Notes: generated by a model not told the origin, from the sequence alone. DNA of 62,205 bases, filler included, from Basidiobolus ranarum (GCA_040143965.1; 27 parts of 27 records of this genome joined end to end with filler, not necessarily neighbours in it); one strand, 5' to 3'; counted from the whole stretch's first letter, positions 1 through 11,815 are shown. Numbers and translations are program-made.

Positions 1-420
1 CTTTGGCAAGAATCTTTATTGATAATGGGCATTGATCAGAATGAGGTCTGATCAGGGAATACATGGGGCTTATATATATATTGCAAGGTGAAACATAATA
101 TGCTTAATAGGGAATATGCTGTGGCAAGTTCAAGCGTTGGGGTGTTGGGGACTACAAGAATCAATACTTAGAGTGATGATGTAAGGATGATCACGTGACC
201 TTCCATGGAAGGTCTTGGTGGAATTACACTATGTGTGCAATGACATGATAGGTTAGGTTTCATGGAATATTCCAAAGAACATGACTTACATAAAAGGTAA
301 TCTGGATGAACTGACACCAGATTGCCAAGAAGGGATGGCACAGCAGATATGATGTCATAATTTAATAATAGAGAGGTTCTATTTGTAGTGTATCAGTATG
401 CCAATATCAGAATCATGACA
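1..420 (-). mobile_element. LTR family A (Ty3/gypsy), reverse copy truncated by contig start
   Basis: Reverse complement aligns with 462-905: it begins TGTCATGATT at 420, and CTTTGGCAAGAATCTTTATTGA at 1 mirrors TCAATAAAGATTCTTGCCAAAAG near 883. Confidence 0.8.
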
Positions 421-461
421 AGGATTGATTGAAATCCAATATGTGAATGGACAGAGTGAGC

Positions 462-1020
462 TGTCATAATTCTAATCATGGCATACTCTTCCACTGCAAA
501 TGGAACTCTTCTGATCTTAGCACACTGATCCACTGCAAATAGAACTCTTCTATTATTAGATTATGGCATCATATCTGAAGTGCCATCCCTTCTTGGCAAT
601 CTTGTGCAACTTCTTCCGGGTTACCTTACACGAAAGTTTTGTTCTTTGGAACATTCCATGAAACACAACTAATCATGTCATCCTACACATAGTGTATGTC
701 CACCAAGACCTTTCATGGAAGGTCCCATGATTGTCCTTACATCATCCTTGCATCATCCCTCTGTGTATTGATACTTGACGTCCCCAACATCCCAAAACTT
801 GAACTTGCCACAGCATATTCCCTAATCAATATATCTTCTTTAACCCTGATATATCTATATGAGCTCCATATTTTCCTTGATGTCAATAAAGATTCTTGCC
901 AAAAGTATCTTCCCTGTCCAGTCTTGTCTTGTCTTGCCTTATGGTCTACACTCAAGTACTTTCATGCCTTCTAGCCACTTGATATTGTTGCCAGTCCTTG
1001 TCCAGTTTCTTATTGTGACA
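462..1020 (+). mobile_element. LTR family A, 5' LTR of a Ty3/gypsy element (about 559 bp)
   Basis: TGTCA...TGACA inverted termini, internal AATAAA, gag downstream; further copies at 1-420 and 59707-59906. Confidence 0.8.
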
Positions 1021-2220
1021 GTTTGATCAGACTACCTACACTTTCCTGTAGACCTCTCACTATGCCTGTTCTTAAACCTTGGAACCCCCAAAGGTTAACT
1101 TCCCTCTTATTTCCCATCTTTCACAAGCTTCCCTGCTAAGGCAAAGGTACTATCCACCTTTGGATAATTGCTCTAGGTGCATCCTTGTCAAGACACTACA
1201 GGTTGAGTTTTCAGTTGTTTTTAATCCAAGAAGCTTTAGTACTGATCAAGATCAAAGGAGGTTGATACCAGCATATTCTTTTGTCAAGGTGCCAATAATT
1301 CCTGTAACAGAAAGTTGGACATTGCGTGGTGATTATTATTCCTAGAGAAACTGGTGGCTTTAAAACTTTCCCCTCCCAACATAGTAAGTATTATGTGTCA
1401 ACCTGCCCCCACAATGGAATATATCATGCAAGCTCTTACTCAGCTGCAGCAACAGAATCAAGAACTTTGAGCTTCTCTTGCTCAAGTACAGATTCCAGCT
1501 CCACCCAACCATACTGCAAATCCAACTCCTGAACCCAAGATCTCCTAACCATATATGTTTGATGGCACTCAAAAAAACTATTGTGGTTTTGTCAACCAAG
1601 TAAAACTCATCATCCAGCTACACCCCTATTCCTACCCCTCAGACCAAAGAAAAGTAGGCCTAGTGGGAATACTATTATCAGGAACAGCTCTCTCTTGATT
1701 TGCTTCTTTGACAGAAAGTCAATCTCCACTTCTTTCAAACTTCCTTGCCTTCCTTGCCAAACTGGAAGTTACATTTGAAAATGCAGATAAAGAATGAACC
1801 TCAGCAACCATGCTCAATGCACTTAAACAAGGTGCAAAGCCTGTATCAACTTATGCTGCAGAATTCTGCCGTGTTGCCTGTGATCTCAATTGGGGAGAAT
1901 CTGCCCTGATCTACCAGTTCCAATATGTACTTTGAGAAAATATTCAGGATCTTTTACTCACTATGGCTGACTCAGTGATGTTGACTTATGCTATCCATCA
2001 GGCTGTTAAGTGTGAGAGCCAGATGTTTGAAAGACAACAACAAAGAAACATGACTTGCATATACTCTCCTTCCTTGTCTACTTTCAGATCTCCTATCCAT
2101 CAAGAGAATCTATGTCTCTATTGTGGAGCTCCTAGACACGTATCCAGAACCTGTCCAAAAAAGAATCCTTGATTTAAGATCAACAATATGTTAGTAGAAG
2201 AGAACTCTTGCCAACCATTG
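1021..2220 (+). pseudogene. Ty3/gypsy leader plus degenerate gag
   Basis: Fragments LKQGAKPVSTYAAEFCRVACDLNWGESALIYQF (retrotransposon gag motif) and zinc knuckle CLYCGAPRHVSRTC; multiple stops and frameshifts. Confidence 0.8.
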
Positions 2221-2320
2221 NNNNNNNNNNNNNNNNNNNNNNNNNNNNNNNNNNNNNNNNNNNNTTAATTAATTAANNNNNNNNNNNNNNNNNNNNNNNN
2301 NNNNNNNNNNNNNNNNNNNN
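2221..2320. other. Artificial contig spacer N44-TTAATTAATTAA-N44 (first of 26)
   Basis: Same 100-bp linker (stops in all six frames) starts at 2221, 4540, 6858, 9175, 11491, 13805, 16118, 18431, 20742, 23053, 25362, 27671, 29979, 32285, 34590, 36895, 39200, 41503, 43805, 46107, 48408, 50709, 53009, 55309, 57608, 59907. Confidence 0.99.
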
Positions 2321-2494
2321 CAATCATTTGCAACTATTTTGCAAGATCTTGAAATTTCACTCCTGAAACTGAAAAAATTGATTAAAATCAAATCTAACTT
2401 GATGATTTTATGACGGTAAGTAAACGGTCAACCCCAAATGGATTAAAATTGTGACGGTTTTCCTACAATAACAATCCTCAAATTTCTGTTAGGG
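2321..2494 (-). mobile_element. CMC/EnSpm transposon left end (TIR-L)
   Basis: Ends CTCAAATTTCTGTTAGGG, the reverse complement of CCCTAACAGAAATTTGAG; same end at 11352, 40093, 51954, 52566, 53390. Confidence 0.85.
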
Positions 2495-2922
2495 ATAAAG
2501 GTTCCTATTGCTACTCAACCAGGCTTGAATGTTGAAGAATGCTGTTCAGATTCTTTCATAGTTATCTTCACTTTGACACCCATAGAATATATCTAACTCT
2601 TAATCAAAGTCTTTGCCAATCTCAAAAGAGCTATATCTTTTTCTTCAGACTTCAAGCTAGAAAAACCACCAGAGTTTTATCAACCCTTGTAGTATTCAGG
2701 ATTCTTGATAGTTCTTATATCAGAAATAATCTTTTCTCAGAAATTCTTCAAGATACTGACATACTATAGTATGTCATTACCTGTGAAAGATAGAGTGAAG
2801 AATATATTTCCTATCAATGTTTTTAAGCTTCAAGTATATAAACTTCAGCTTTGCTGGAGATTTGTAGTGGGATTAAGCTTTATTACTGAATATTTAAGTT
2901 AACATCCCTATCCCACACTACA
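2495..2922 (-). mobile_element. LTR family E fragment
   Basis: Reverse complement of the start of 26006-27047; ends CACACTACA at 2922; cut on the left by the EnSpm TIR. Confidence 0.75.
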
Positions 2923-3114
2923 ATGCATGGCAAACATGACAATCAATATTTTAACATGTATGAATACTGTTGTAATAACGTCAAGAAACCACTGTCACAT
3001 CATCAAAATCCCTGGCGGAATGCAAGCCACTGATATTGTGATGGTTCTCTGCTAGTTTTGCAATCCAGAAGGGTTGATCCAATCAAGATCAAATTGATTT
3101 TATTTTTGTTAGGG
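2923..3114 (+). mobile_element. CMC/EnSpm transposon right end (TIR-R)
   Basis: Ends TTTTATTTTTGTTAGGG; matches 8270-8460. Confidence 0.85.
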
Positions 3115-3323
3115 GTAAGGGAGTATTTGTTGGCCAAGAGCCTTATCCCCTTCTTTAGGCTGATATTCTGCTCTACATTATAAGGCATGAGGTTTGCCTT
3201 GCTGGCTTCATGATCAATATATATTCACAAAATCACAACTGGTAAGAAATAATGACCATTTTGCTTGATGGCAGTTGAGAACTTTAGTTCTACTAAAATA
3301 CTTATGATTTTATGATCACAAGA
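3115..3323 (-). pseudogene. Ty3/gypsy RNase H C-terminal fragment
   Basis: Aligns with about 10188-10395 of the gypsy pol in contig 5. Confidence 0.7.
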
Positions 3324-4539
3324 CCCTAACAAAAATTAAATTGATTTGATCTGGATTAGAATCCACCCTTCTAAATTGCAAAACTGTCGGAGAACCATCA
3401 CAATATCAGTGGCTTGCATTCTGCCAGGGATTTTGATGGTGTGACAGTGGTTTCTTGACGGTATTATGGCAGTATTAGTGCATGTTAAAATATTGATCCA
3501 CGTATTTGGCATGCATTATTAATTTCTGGCAATTTTTGCAAAATATAATTTTCAAATGGCAAATTACTGTGTTTACTGCTGTAGGAAATCAAATTAATAT
3601 GCATGCCTGTATTTAGTTATTTTAGGCTTTGTATTCCAGACATAATGAGAATCAAAGAATACAAGAATCTTGTTGTGTTTAGTCTCTACATGTGCATACA
3701 CTTGACTGATCAGACATAACTCAACAACATCAATATTCTTTATCAGCAAACTAATGGTGGAAAAATTGCTAAGCCTCTGAAATTTTGAATAACACTGAAA
3801 CTTGGCAAATAGCTGACTCTTGTTACTATTCACTGTGAGAATAAGCTCTTGGATTTTGGCAAATTTCCATAAAAGATTCAGCCAATATATCCCCAACTTG
3901 CAGTCAACAAATGTCCTGCCATAGGTCAATGTGTCATTGCTTGAACAGATTACCCCATGGCTAAGACAATTATACAGCTTGTCTCCTTCTATCACACCAA
4001 GAAGTCCGTCTGCAGCTTTCCTAGAAATACTGTTCAATTATTACACCAACAAGTTAGTCCAACTTATTCAGGTACTTACTTGGTGTCCATGAATTGGGCT
4101 TTGTTGCTGTTATTGTGCTCAAACAATTTGCAAACCCATGAGCACATTGAAAGACCCCTTTGTTGAAAGGTTAATATATTCTGCAGTCTTTTTAACACAT
4201 TGCATTACATCATTCACCCATTTGCTGAAACATTATTAATCAGATTAGCATATGGTAATACTGATGATTTCACACAGAGCATCATTTCACCCCAGGTGCA
4301 CTCCATTGGGAACTCCCAGAATGTATAGCAAGGGCCTATAACCTCTAAGCATTGTGAAAGATGCAGCAGGGAATGTATTGAATACTGGCATAGATTCACT
4401 CTATCTTCTTTAAACCTGTAATAAAGCTTTTCATATCCAATTACAAAATCTTCACACAGTCACTGTATCTGCCTGAGATCTGCCAATGTGAGTTGATGCC
4501 ATAAGAATATATTAACAATATCAACAAACAACTCCCAAT
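3324..4539 (-). mobile_element. CMC/EnSpm TIR-R plus degenerate transposase C-terminus
   Basis: Starts CCCTAACAAAAATTAAATTG; minus-strand fragments NLCQYSIHSLLHLSQCLEVIGPCYTFWEFPME. Confidence 0.85.
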
Positions 4540-4680
4540 NNNNNNNNNNNNNNNNNNNNNNNNNNNNNNNNNNNNNNNNNNNNTTAATTAATTAANNNNN
4601 NNNNNNNNNNNNNNNNNNNNNNNNNNNNNNNNNNNNNNNATAAGTCATGTGAAGGACTTGACTGCTTGAAAAGCAAAATC

Positions 4681-4956
4681 ATGGAAGGAAACATCCAAAA
4701 AGAAGGAGGCTCTTTTGCCCAAAGAGGACGAGCTAACGAGGAAGCTTACTTCGCAAAACTGGTAAATACATCTTGATAACTTGAGTGAGAAATGAAGGAA
4801 CTAATAGATTACATATGGCTTTTGAAATTCCCAAAGGAACGCGAAAAAATATTAGCTCTACAGCAGAAACAGCAACAGCAACAACAAAGCCAGGACTTGA
4901 AGAGCTCTTTAGAAGTTAAGGGAAATCTCCAACAGGATAGTCAGAACAAAAAATAG
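4681..4956 (+). CDS. INH1: Mitochondrial ATPase inhibitor IF1/IATP-like protein (exons 4681-4761, 4837-4956; 5' end may be incomplete)
   Basis: Spliced translation MEGNIQKEGGSFAQRGRANEEAYFAKL/EREKILALQQKQQQQQQSQDLKSSLEVKGNLQQDSQNKK* fits the IF1 core G.I..GG.F..R..A.E..YF...E.E; 75-nt intron GTAAAT...ACTAAT...AAG. Confidence 0.8.
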
Positions 4957-5859
4957 TTGCAAGAGCACCTGCTACTGTAAACCAAATTCTACTTTATGTG
5001 TTGTGCCAGTAATTTGAATATTAAATGATTATCACTGTGATTTTACCATACTTTTGAGTTTATCTTATTCGCTAGCAAAAACTGCAATAAATAAGTGACT
5101 ATTCAAATTGAATCTATAAGATATGGGAGGATTTCATCTACACTTGTCTTGACATGTCTGGCAATCCGTATAAGCCCAACACTAATTCATCGACTCTTCC
5201 CCTTGCAACGATACGTGAGCAGCGCGATGATCTAGAGCAACAAGAGATCCGTTTTTCTGCTTCAAGTGCTATTCATCAATATTCTATTTTATCAATGCAT
5301 TCTGTTGCGAACGGAGAGGTGAAAAGCGAGCTACATTTCTTCATATTGATGTAATTACTAAAACACATTCTCTACCTTTTCAAAGTCACCCGCACGTACA
5401 CGTTTGCGAATGATGAGGTACATTAATCACCTTTATGACCATCAACTTCTTGTTATTAACTACATTTAGGTATATATCAGGACTGCCACAGCCAACGGAA
5501 CAAGATAAAAGGTAGATCATACATGAATATATATTTATATTTATTCAATATGGATAAGTATCACTTGGTTCTTTTTCGGTTGTGGTACTAATGGCATTTC
5601 AGTAATAGTGGGAGAACTTCTAGAGAAAGCTATTCTAGAAGTTAACTATCAAACACCTTCACAACTATAATGAGAATGTTCAATTTTATTTTTCTATATT
5701 CAAAGATCGTGCGAAGGAGTTTAATATTTCTTTTATGAGTGTCAAAAATCCCAATTCTTTTTGAACTTTCTTTTCGGAATAAACAGAACCTTTCAAAAAA
5801 ATATATTCTAAATACGTGTGTATCTATATTTACAAAAATAAAATGACTTTCACGTTTAT

Positions 5860-6441
5860 TCACGAGTCTGCAACAGTTACAGAATCGGCATTAGAAGTGA
5901 AAGTTGAATCATCGACTGATTGTGTTGCAGAGATGGCACCATCTAAAATATAAGTATATTCACCACTTGGGTTTGGATTGGTTTCGTATGCGACATGTAA
6001 TTGACATCTGGGACACATTAATCTGTATTGCTTTTCAAATCCATTTAGTCTAAAATATTCGTTTAAAAAGAAGGATTAGTATCAGAAAAGATAGCGTGAA
6101 TGTACACGTCCACGTGATATTCAATCGATGACAAGAGGGTGATAATACCTTTTCAACAACACGGTCTCTCCTCGTTTGACATTTACTTTGTAGTGGCGCT
6201 GTCCACGAGGAAGTATTATGGCATGATCAGTTTTGCGACGAGGTAAAGCATCTAAGGCGCAATCTGGTATAGTAGTGAGAGGTTATTATCTTAAATGAAT
6301 GTGAAAAATATATCTGGAAAGACACGTACCAATAATAAGTATATACTCTCCACATAGGCAGTAGTAGACTTTGAGCTGTTGGCCATTCTCTTCATTGGCT
6401 TCAGTAGTGGCAACTGTGGAATTTGATACGATTTTTGGCAT
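5860..6441 (-). CDS. STEEP1: STEEP1/CXorf56 (UPF0428) homolog, 138 aa (exons 6441-6330, 6263-6149, 6049-5860)
   Basis: Spliced translation MPKIVSNSTVATTEANEENGQQLKVYYCLCGEYILII/DCALDALPRRKTDHAIILPRGQRHYKVNVKRGETVLLK/RLNGFEKQYRLMCPRCQLHVAYETNPNPSGEYTYILDGAISATQ...; VYYCLCG, LP.R..D, E.QYR..C..C and DGA motifs; two GT-AG introns in consistent phase. Absent from the ORF track. Confidence 0.9.
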
Positions 6442-7020
6442 AATACAAGGTTGAACGTTGAAAGGGATAATGTCTATTGAATTCGATGTTTTTGAAGATA
6501 TAGGATTTTGGTGATCTAATTTTGAGGAATCTTCTTTTTTTCATCATCTTGCTAAACGCTGTTTGTTCGTGATTAACTAAAGTTGCTAGATACTACTAGT
6601 GTGAATGGATTATGAGGAATGCTTTGATGACAATGCTGTCGTTTATTTATCTCTTTCATTTTTTTGCCTACTAGGATATTAAAATCTGTCACGATTTATA
6701 GTTGAATGACCGGTTGCTTTTTAAAATATATAGAAACCCGGAGTAAATGACAATTGATTTCCTTCGAGAGAAAAATGCTCCAATTACATAGTAAAACAAG
6801 AGATCAACTGAGTGCTGAAGGGTAGATATGCTTAAAGATTGTCGGACTTATTTGTTTNNNNNNNNNNNNNNNNNNNNNNNNNNNNNNNNNNNNNNNNNNN
6901 NTTAATTAATTAANNNNNNNNNNNNNNNNNNNNNNNNNNNNNNNNNNNNNNNNNNNNCTCTTTGATGATTGAAGTACTCCTGGTATTTCTCCTTAAAGAA
7001 TGAAAAATCGAAAGTCGCTT

Positions 7021-8460
7021 CCTATATAGTGGAAAATTCAATATGAATGAGCCATTTGAGATAGGATCAGAGTTTAAAACAATTGGGAAAATGCTTGACA
7101 ACACAAAGATACCATCATATTTTACCAGGACTCCAATCAATATCTACTCATCCAGGCATTTATTTAAATACAAAGCCTGGCAGTATTGGATTTGTATATA
7201 TTCAAGTGGAATTTTGAAAAAATTTCTGCCTGATAAGTATTGGCAACATTGAGAGTTGTTTGTCAATCTTGTTAATTTATTCTTACACCATGAACTCACA
7301 TTGGCAGACCTCTGGCAGATACAGCAACTGTGCAAAGATTCTGTAATTGGATATGAAAAACTTTATTAAAGGTTTAAAGAACATAGACCGAATCTATCCC
7401 AGTATTCAATACATTCCCTGCTGCATTTTTCTCAATGCTTACAGATTATAGGCCATTGCTATATATTCTGGGAATTCCCAATGGAGCACACTTATGGTGA
7501 AGTGATGAGCCATGTGAAATTGTCAGTATTACTGTAGGCAAATCTGATTCACAATGTATCAGCAAAATCAGTGATGGATGTCACACAATGGGTTAAGGAG
7601 ACTCCAGATTTTATTAATCTACTTACAAAGGGCTCTTTTCAGTGTGCTCATGGTTTTTGCATTGTTTGAGCACAATAACAGCAACAAAGCCCAATCTATG
7701 GACACAGAGAAAGTACCTCTATAATTCAGACTAATTTGTTTTGTGATAATCTGATGTTATTTTCCAGAAAGCTGCAAGACATACTTCTTGGTCAGGTAGA
7801 TCAAATAAGCAGTATTATTTTTTAGCCATGGGGTAATCTATTCAAGCAATGACACATCTACTTGTGGCAGGACATTTGTTGACTGCAAGTTGGGCATATA
7901 TTAGTTAAATTCTTTACAGAAATTTGCCTATATTTAAGAGCTTATTCTTGTTGCAACTGGTAACAAGAGTCAGCTATATGCCAAGTGTCAGTGCTATTTA
8001 AAATTTGTCATGTTTAGCAATTTTTGCACCATTAGTTTGCTGGTAAAGCATCTTGATGTTGTTAAGTTATGTCTGATCAGTCAAGTATGTGCATATGTAG
8101 AGACTAAACACAAGATTCTTGTATTTTTTGATTCTCATTATGGCTGGAATACAAAGCCTAAAGTATCTAAATAAAGGCACGCATATTAATTGGAATTCTT
8201 ACAGCAGTAAACCCAGTAATTTGCCATACAAAAATTAGATTTTTGCAAAAATTGTCAGATATTGAATAATGCATGCCATATATGATGAACAATATTTTAA
8301 CATGTATGAATACTATCAAAATACCCTCAAAAAACCACCAACCCACCATCAAATTCCCTGGTAGAGAACAAGCTACCAATGTTGTGATAGTTGTCTGATA
8401 GTTTTGCTATTCAGGAGGGTGGGTCCAATCAGGATCAAATCAATTTTATTTTTGTTAGGG
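7021..8460 (+). mobile_element. CMC/EnSpm degenerate transposase C-terminal half plus TIR-R
   Basis: KIPSYFTRTPINI...KAWQYWICIYS; ends TTTGTTAGGG at 8460. Confidence 0.85.
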
Positions 8461-8870
8461 CTATTGAACCAAATATTTTGAGATGATTTAGATTAGGCTT
8501 GTTTTCAGTCCAGATTTCAATAGGAGCTTGAGAGTCATGGTCCCTATATTTTGGACTTCTGTTTTGGAGATATATAGCTGTTACAATAATCTCACCCCAA
8601 TATGTGTTAGGCAGTTTTGATTCAATCATCATTGTATGAGCCTTCTCTACTAAAGTTCTATTAAATATATAGTGTTCATTTCCCCTTTTAGTGGCACTAC
8701 ATAATTCCATTTTCTTCCAAACCCAGTTCTTTGTTGACCTGCAATAATGTGCTGTGAGTCCTGGTTTTCCACATTTGTAATATTTCACAGTGCTCCTTTC
8801 TGGTTGACTATTTTGGCAATAACGTGCTAGTGTAGTTTTTGTTTCATCTACAAGCTGACTTTTGTCTTAC
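8461..8870 (-). pseudogene. Ty1/copia remnant with gag zinc knuckle next to the integrase C-terminal part
   Basis: YYKCGKPGLTAHYC followed by NRTLVEKAHTMMIESKLPNTYWGEIIVTAIYLQNRSP...HLKIFGS; left boundary set by the EnSpm TIR, right boundary approximate. Confidence 0.75.
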
Positions 8871-8950
8871 CTTTTAAATTCTTCTGGACATAGACTAGTA
8901 ATCAGCTAATGCCAAGTAAGCTTATCCCAAATTACTTCCAAAGTGAGTAC

Positions 8951-9174
8951 TGTAAAAGTATTTGGGAGCCTGTTGGAAGTAGTTTGGAGAATTAGTGGAA
9001 TTGATGGCTTTCACTTATTGATTTATTGAGTACAAAGTTGACATTTATTGTTTTGTCAAGATTTAAACAAACTAATGTGTAGAATATGTTAAGGAAGGCC
9101 CTAGGAACAAGTGTGCAAAGCTTGGGGCTTCTAGCACAAGTTTGAAAAATCCATATATCTGAGAACTTCAAACT
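8951..9174 (-). mobile_element. LTR family C (partial)
   Basis: TGTAAAAGTATTTGGGAGCCTGTTGGAAG is the reverse complement of the end of 36546-36893. Confidence 0.75.
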
Positions 9175-9274
9175 NNNNNNNNNNNNNNNNNNNNNNNNNN
9201 NNNNNNNNNNNNNNNNNNTTAATTAATTAANNNNNNNNNNNNNNNNNNNNNNNNNNNNNNNNNNNNNNNNNNNN

Positions 9275-9406
9275 AAGACACCGCCGTCACACCATTAAAA
9301 TCCCTGGCAGAATGCAAGCCGGCGATATTGTGACGGTTCTCTGATTGTTTTGCTATTTTGGAGGGTGGATCCAATCCGGATCAAATCAATTTTATTTTTG
9401 TTAGGG
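9275..9406 (+). mobile_element. CMC/EnSpm TIR-R, CpG-retaining (young) copy
   Basis: Ends TTTTTGTTAGGG; keeps CCGCCGTCAC, CCGGCG, TGACGG and CCGGA where other copies have TG/CA. Confidence 0.85.
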
Positions 9407-11351
9407 ATATAGTACCAAAACTTGATTGCCTCTTTCTGTTTGGCCATCAGATTGGGGATGGAAGGCAGTGGAGAAGTTGGCAGAGATACCCAAGGTGTGG
9501 AGGAGACATTTCCAGAATTTGGAAGCAAACTTGGGTCCTTGGTTGGAGATGATAGTATCAGGGAGTCCATGTAGACAGGAGATGTTTTGACTTACCAATT
9601 CTGCTATTTGTTTTGCATCAATTGACTTGTTGGAGGGCACAAGGTGGGCCATCTTTGTTAGACAGTCAACAATTATCAGAATTGATTCATATTTGGTGGA
9701 CAAGGGTAAATCAGTTATAAAATCCAGGGATATGGATTTCCACTGCTGATAAGGAATTGGAAGTGGCTGCAGGAGGCCATAGAGCTGACATATTGGAATC
9801 TTCACTCAAGCACATGTATGACAGGTGGAAACATAAGTCTTGACAAATGCAAACATTTTGGGCCACCAATAATCCCTGGATGCCTACATATATGATTTGG
9901 CAACACCAAAGTGTCCTGCAAGTGGTGGGTCATGTCTTTCCTGCATGATTTTGAGTCTGTAAGTGTGGTCTGGAATGTAAAGATGCTTCTAATAGAACAA
10001 GAGATCATTGATGGTCGAGAAATATTAGTATAAGTTCAAGCTTGAAAGGCCTTTGGGTTCTTCCTGGGTTTCTTGATTATTGTTACCAATGGATCTTCAG
10101 ATTGGAGTTTGTGGATGTCTCCATGGAATGTGCTTGAGCTAGGCAAAGAAAGTGTGGTTGCCCTAATTTGAAGTTGGTGGGGCTTCAGTAAGGAAGTATT
10201 TTGTTAGGCAAAGGCCTCATCCCCTTCTTTAGGTTGATATTCTGCTCTATGTAATAAGGCATCAGGTTTTCCTTGCTGGCTACCTGGTTGATATGTAATT
10301 ACAAAATCAAAACTGGCAAGAGATAATGACCATCTTGCTTGATGCCAGTAAAGAACCTTGGTCTTACTAACAAAGGGAAGATTCTTATGAGCACAATAAA
10401 CTGTGATTTTGTGATTTGCTCCATTGAAGTATTGTCACCATTTTTCAAATGCTGCAATAATTGCTAATAGTTCCTTGTCATAGATGTTATAGTTGATTTC
10501 TGCTGCAGAGAACTTTCTTGAGTAAAAGGCCACAAGGTACAGTAGGTTGTCATCATCAAACTTTGATACTACTGCTGCTGGAGAAAAGTCAGATGCATCA
10601 GTTTCAACAATAAATGGCTTGTCCAGCTTGGGGTGTGCCAGGATTGGTGCTGAGGTAAAAGCATTCTTTAAAGCTACAAATGCTTGTTGGCAATATGGGT
10701 TCCAGTCATATAGGAGCTCTTTCTTTGTACGGTTTGTTAATGGAGCAGATATTTTGGTGTAGTTCTTGACAAATCATTTGTAAAAGTTTGCAAATCCAAG
10801 GACAGATTGGACATCCTTCACACTCTTGGGAGTATCCCAAGACAGAACAGATTCAACCATCTTAGGGTCCATTGAGATGCCTGATGGGCTGATGTTATAT
10901 CCAAGGAATTCAACTTGAGCTTGATCAAATTCACATTTCTTAAGCATAGCATAGAGGCCAGAGGGTTTCAACTTTTCTAGGACTTGGGAAACATTAATAT
11001 TATATTCTTCTTGAGAGCTTGAGAAGACCAAGATATCATCAAGGTAGATTACCACAAATTGGTCGAAATACTCTCTGAAGATATCATTCATCATGTGTTG
11101 AAAGACTGCAAGGGCATTGGTAAGTCCAAATGGCATGACATTGTATTCAAAGCGTCCATAACAAGTTTGAAAGGCAGTTTTCCATTGGTCTCCTGTTTTG
11201 ATTGTTACAAGATTGTAAGCACCTCTTAAATCAATCTTTGTAAGCACCTTGGTGGAAGCAAGCTGATCCAAGAGTGAGTTGATTAATGGCAAGGGGTACC
11301 AATTTCTGACTGTAATGCTACTTAGCCCTCAATAATCAACACAGAGACAGA
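9407..11351 (-). pseudogene. Ty3/gypsy pol (RT, RNase H, integrase), degenerate
   Basis: RT KIDLRGAYNL...MPFGLTNA...YLDDILVF; RNase H ETDASDF; integrase GLLQPLPIP...ISLDFITDLP...TAFHPQSDGQTER; domain order RT-RH-IN is gypsy. Confidence 0.92.
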
Positions 11352-11490
11352 CCCTAACAGAAATTTGAGGATTGTTATTGTAGGAAAACCGTCACAATTT
11401 TAATCCATTTGGGATTGACCGTTTACTTACCATCATAAAATCATCAAGTTAGATTTGATTTTAATCAATTTTTTCAGTTTCAGGAGTGAA
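11352..11490 (+). mobile_element. CMC/EnSpm TIR-L
   Basis: CCCTAACAGAAATTTGAGGATTG inserted into the gypsy RT. Confidence 0.85.
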
Positions 11491-11688
11491 NNNNNNNNNN
11501 NNNNNNNNNNNNNNNNNNNNNNNNNNNNNNNNNNTTAATTAATTAANNNNNNNNNNNNNNNNNNNNNNNNNNNNNNNNNNNNNNNNNNNNATATCAGTTC
11601 TGCCAATCAATCTGTATCACTAGCATGAACAGTCTCCATATACTGTGCATGTTGCATGACCGAGTCTCAAACAAGGGTTGCTAATTAG

Positions 11689-11815
11689 GGGTATCTGGTA
11701 CGGTTTTCTGGTCGCATTGGTATTTGTCGCGGTTGGTCAATTGATTTCTATCCTCCGTACTAGCTGGCAAGAAGAAACTAAGAAAATTAGAGAAAGAATT
11801 AATTTAGAAAATTAG
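11689..11815 (+). CDS. Probable last exon of a MATE-family efflux transporter
   Basis: GIWYGFLVALVFVAVGQLISILRTSWQEETKKIRERINLEN* resembles the MATE C-terminus (GLW.G...TM...T.W..E..K...R); upstream GCTAATTAG acceptor; CpG-normal sequence. Confidence 0.55.

Noticed and set aside
2265..2276. Regularly spaced TTAATTAATTAA palindrome as a CRISPR-like or biological repeat
   Set aside because: Always embedded in N44 blocks; it is an artificial six-frame-stop linker.
5154..5354. 66-aa ORF between the IF1-like and STEEP1 genes
   Set aside because: No motifs or other support; likely a chance ORF in intergenic DNA.
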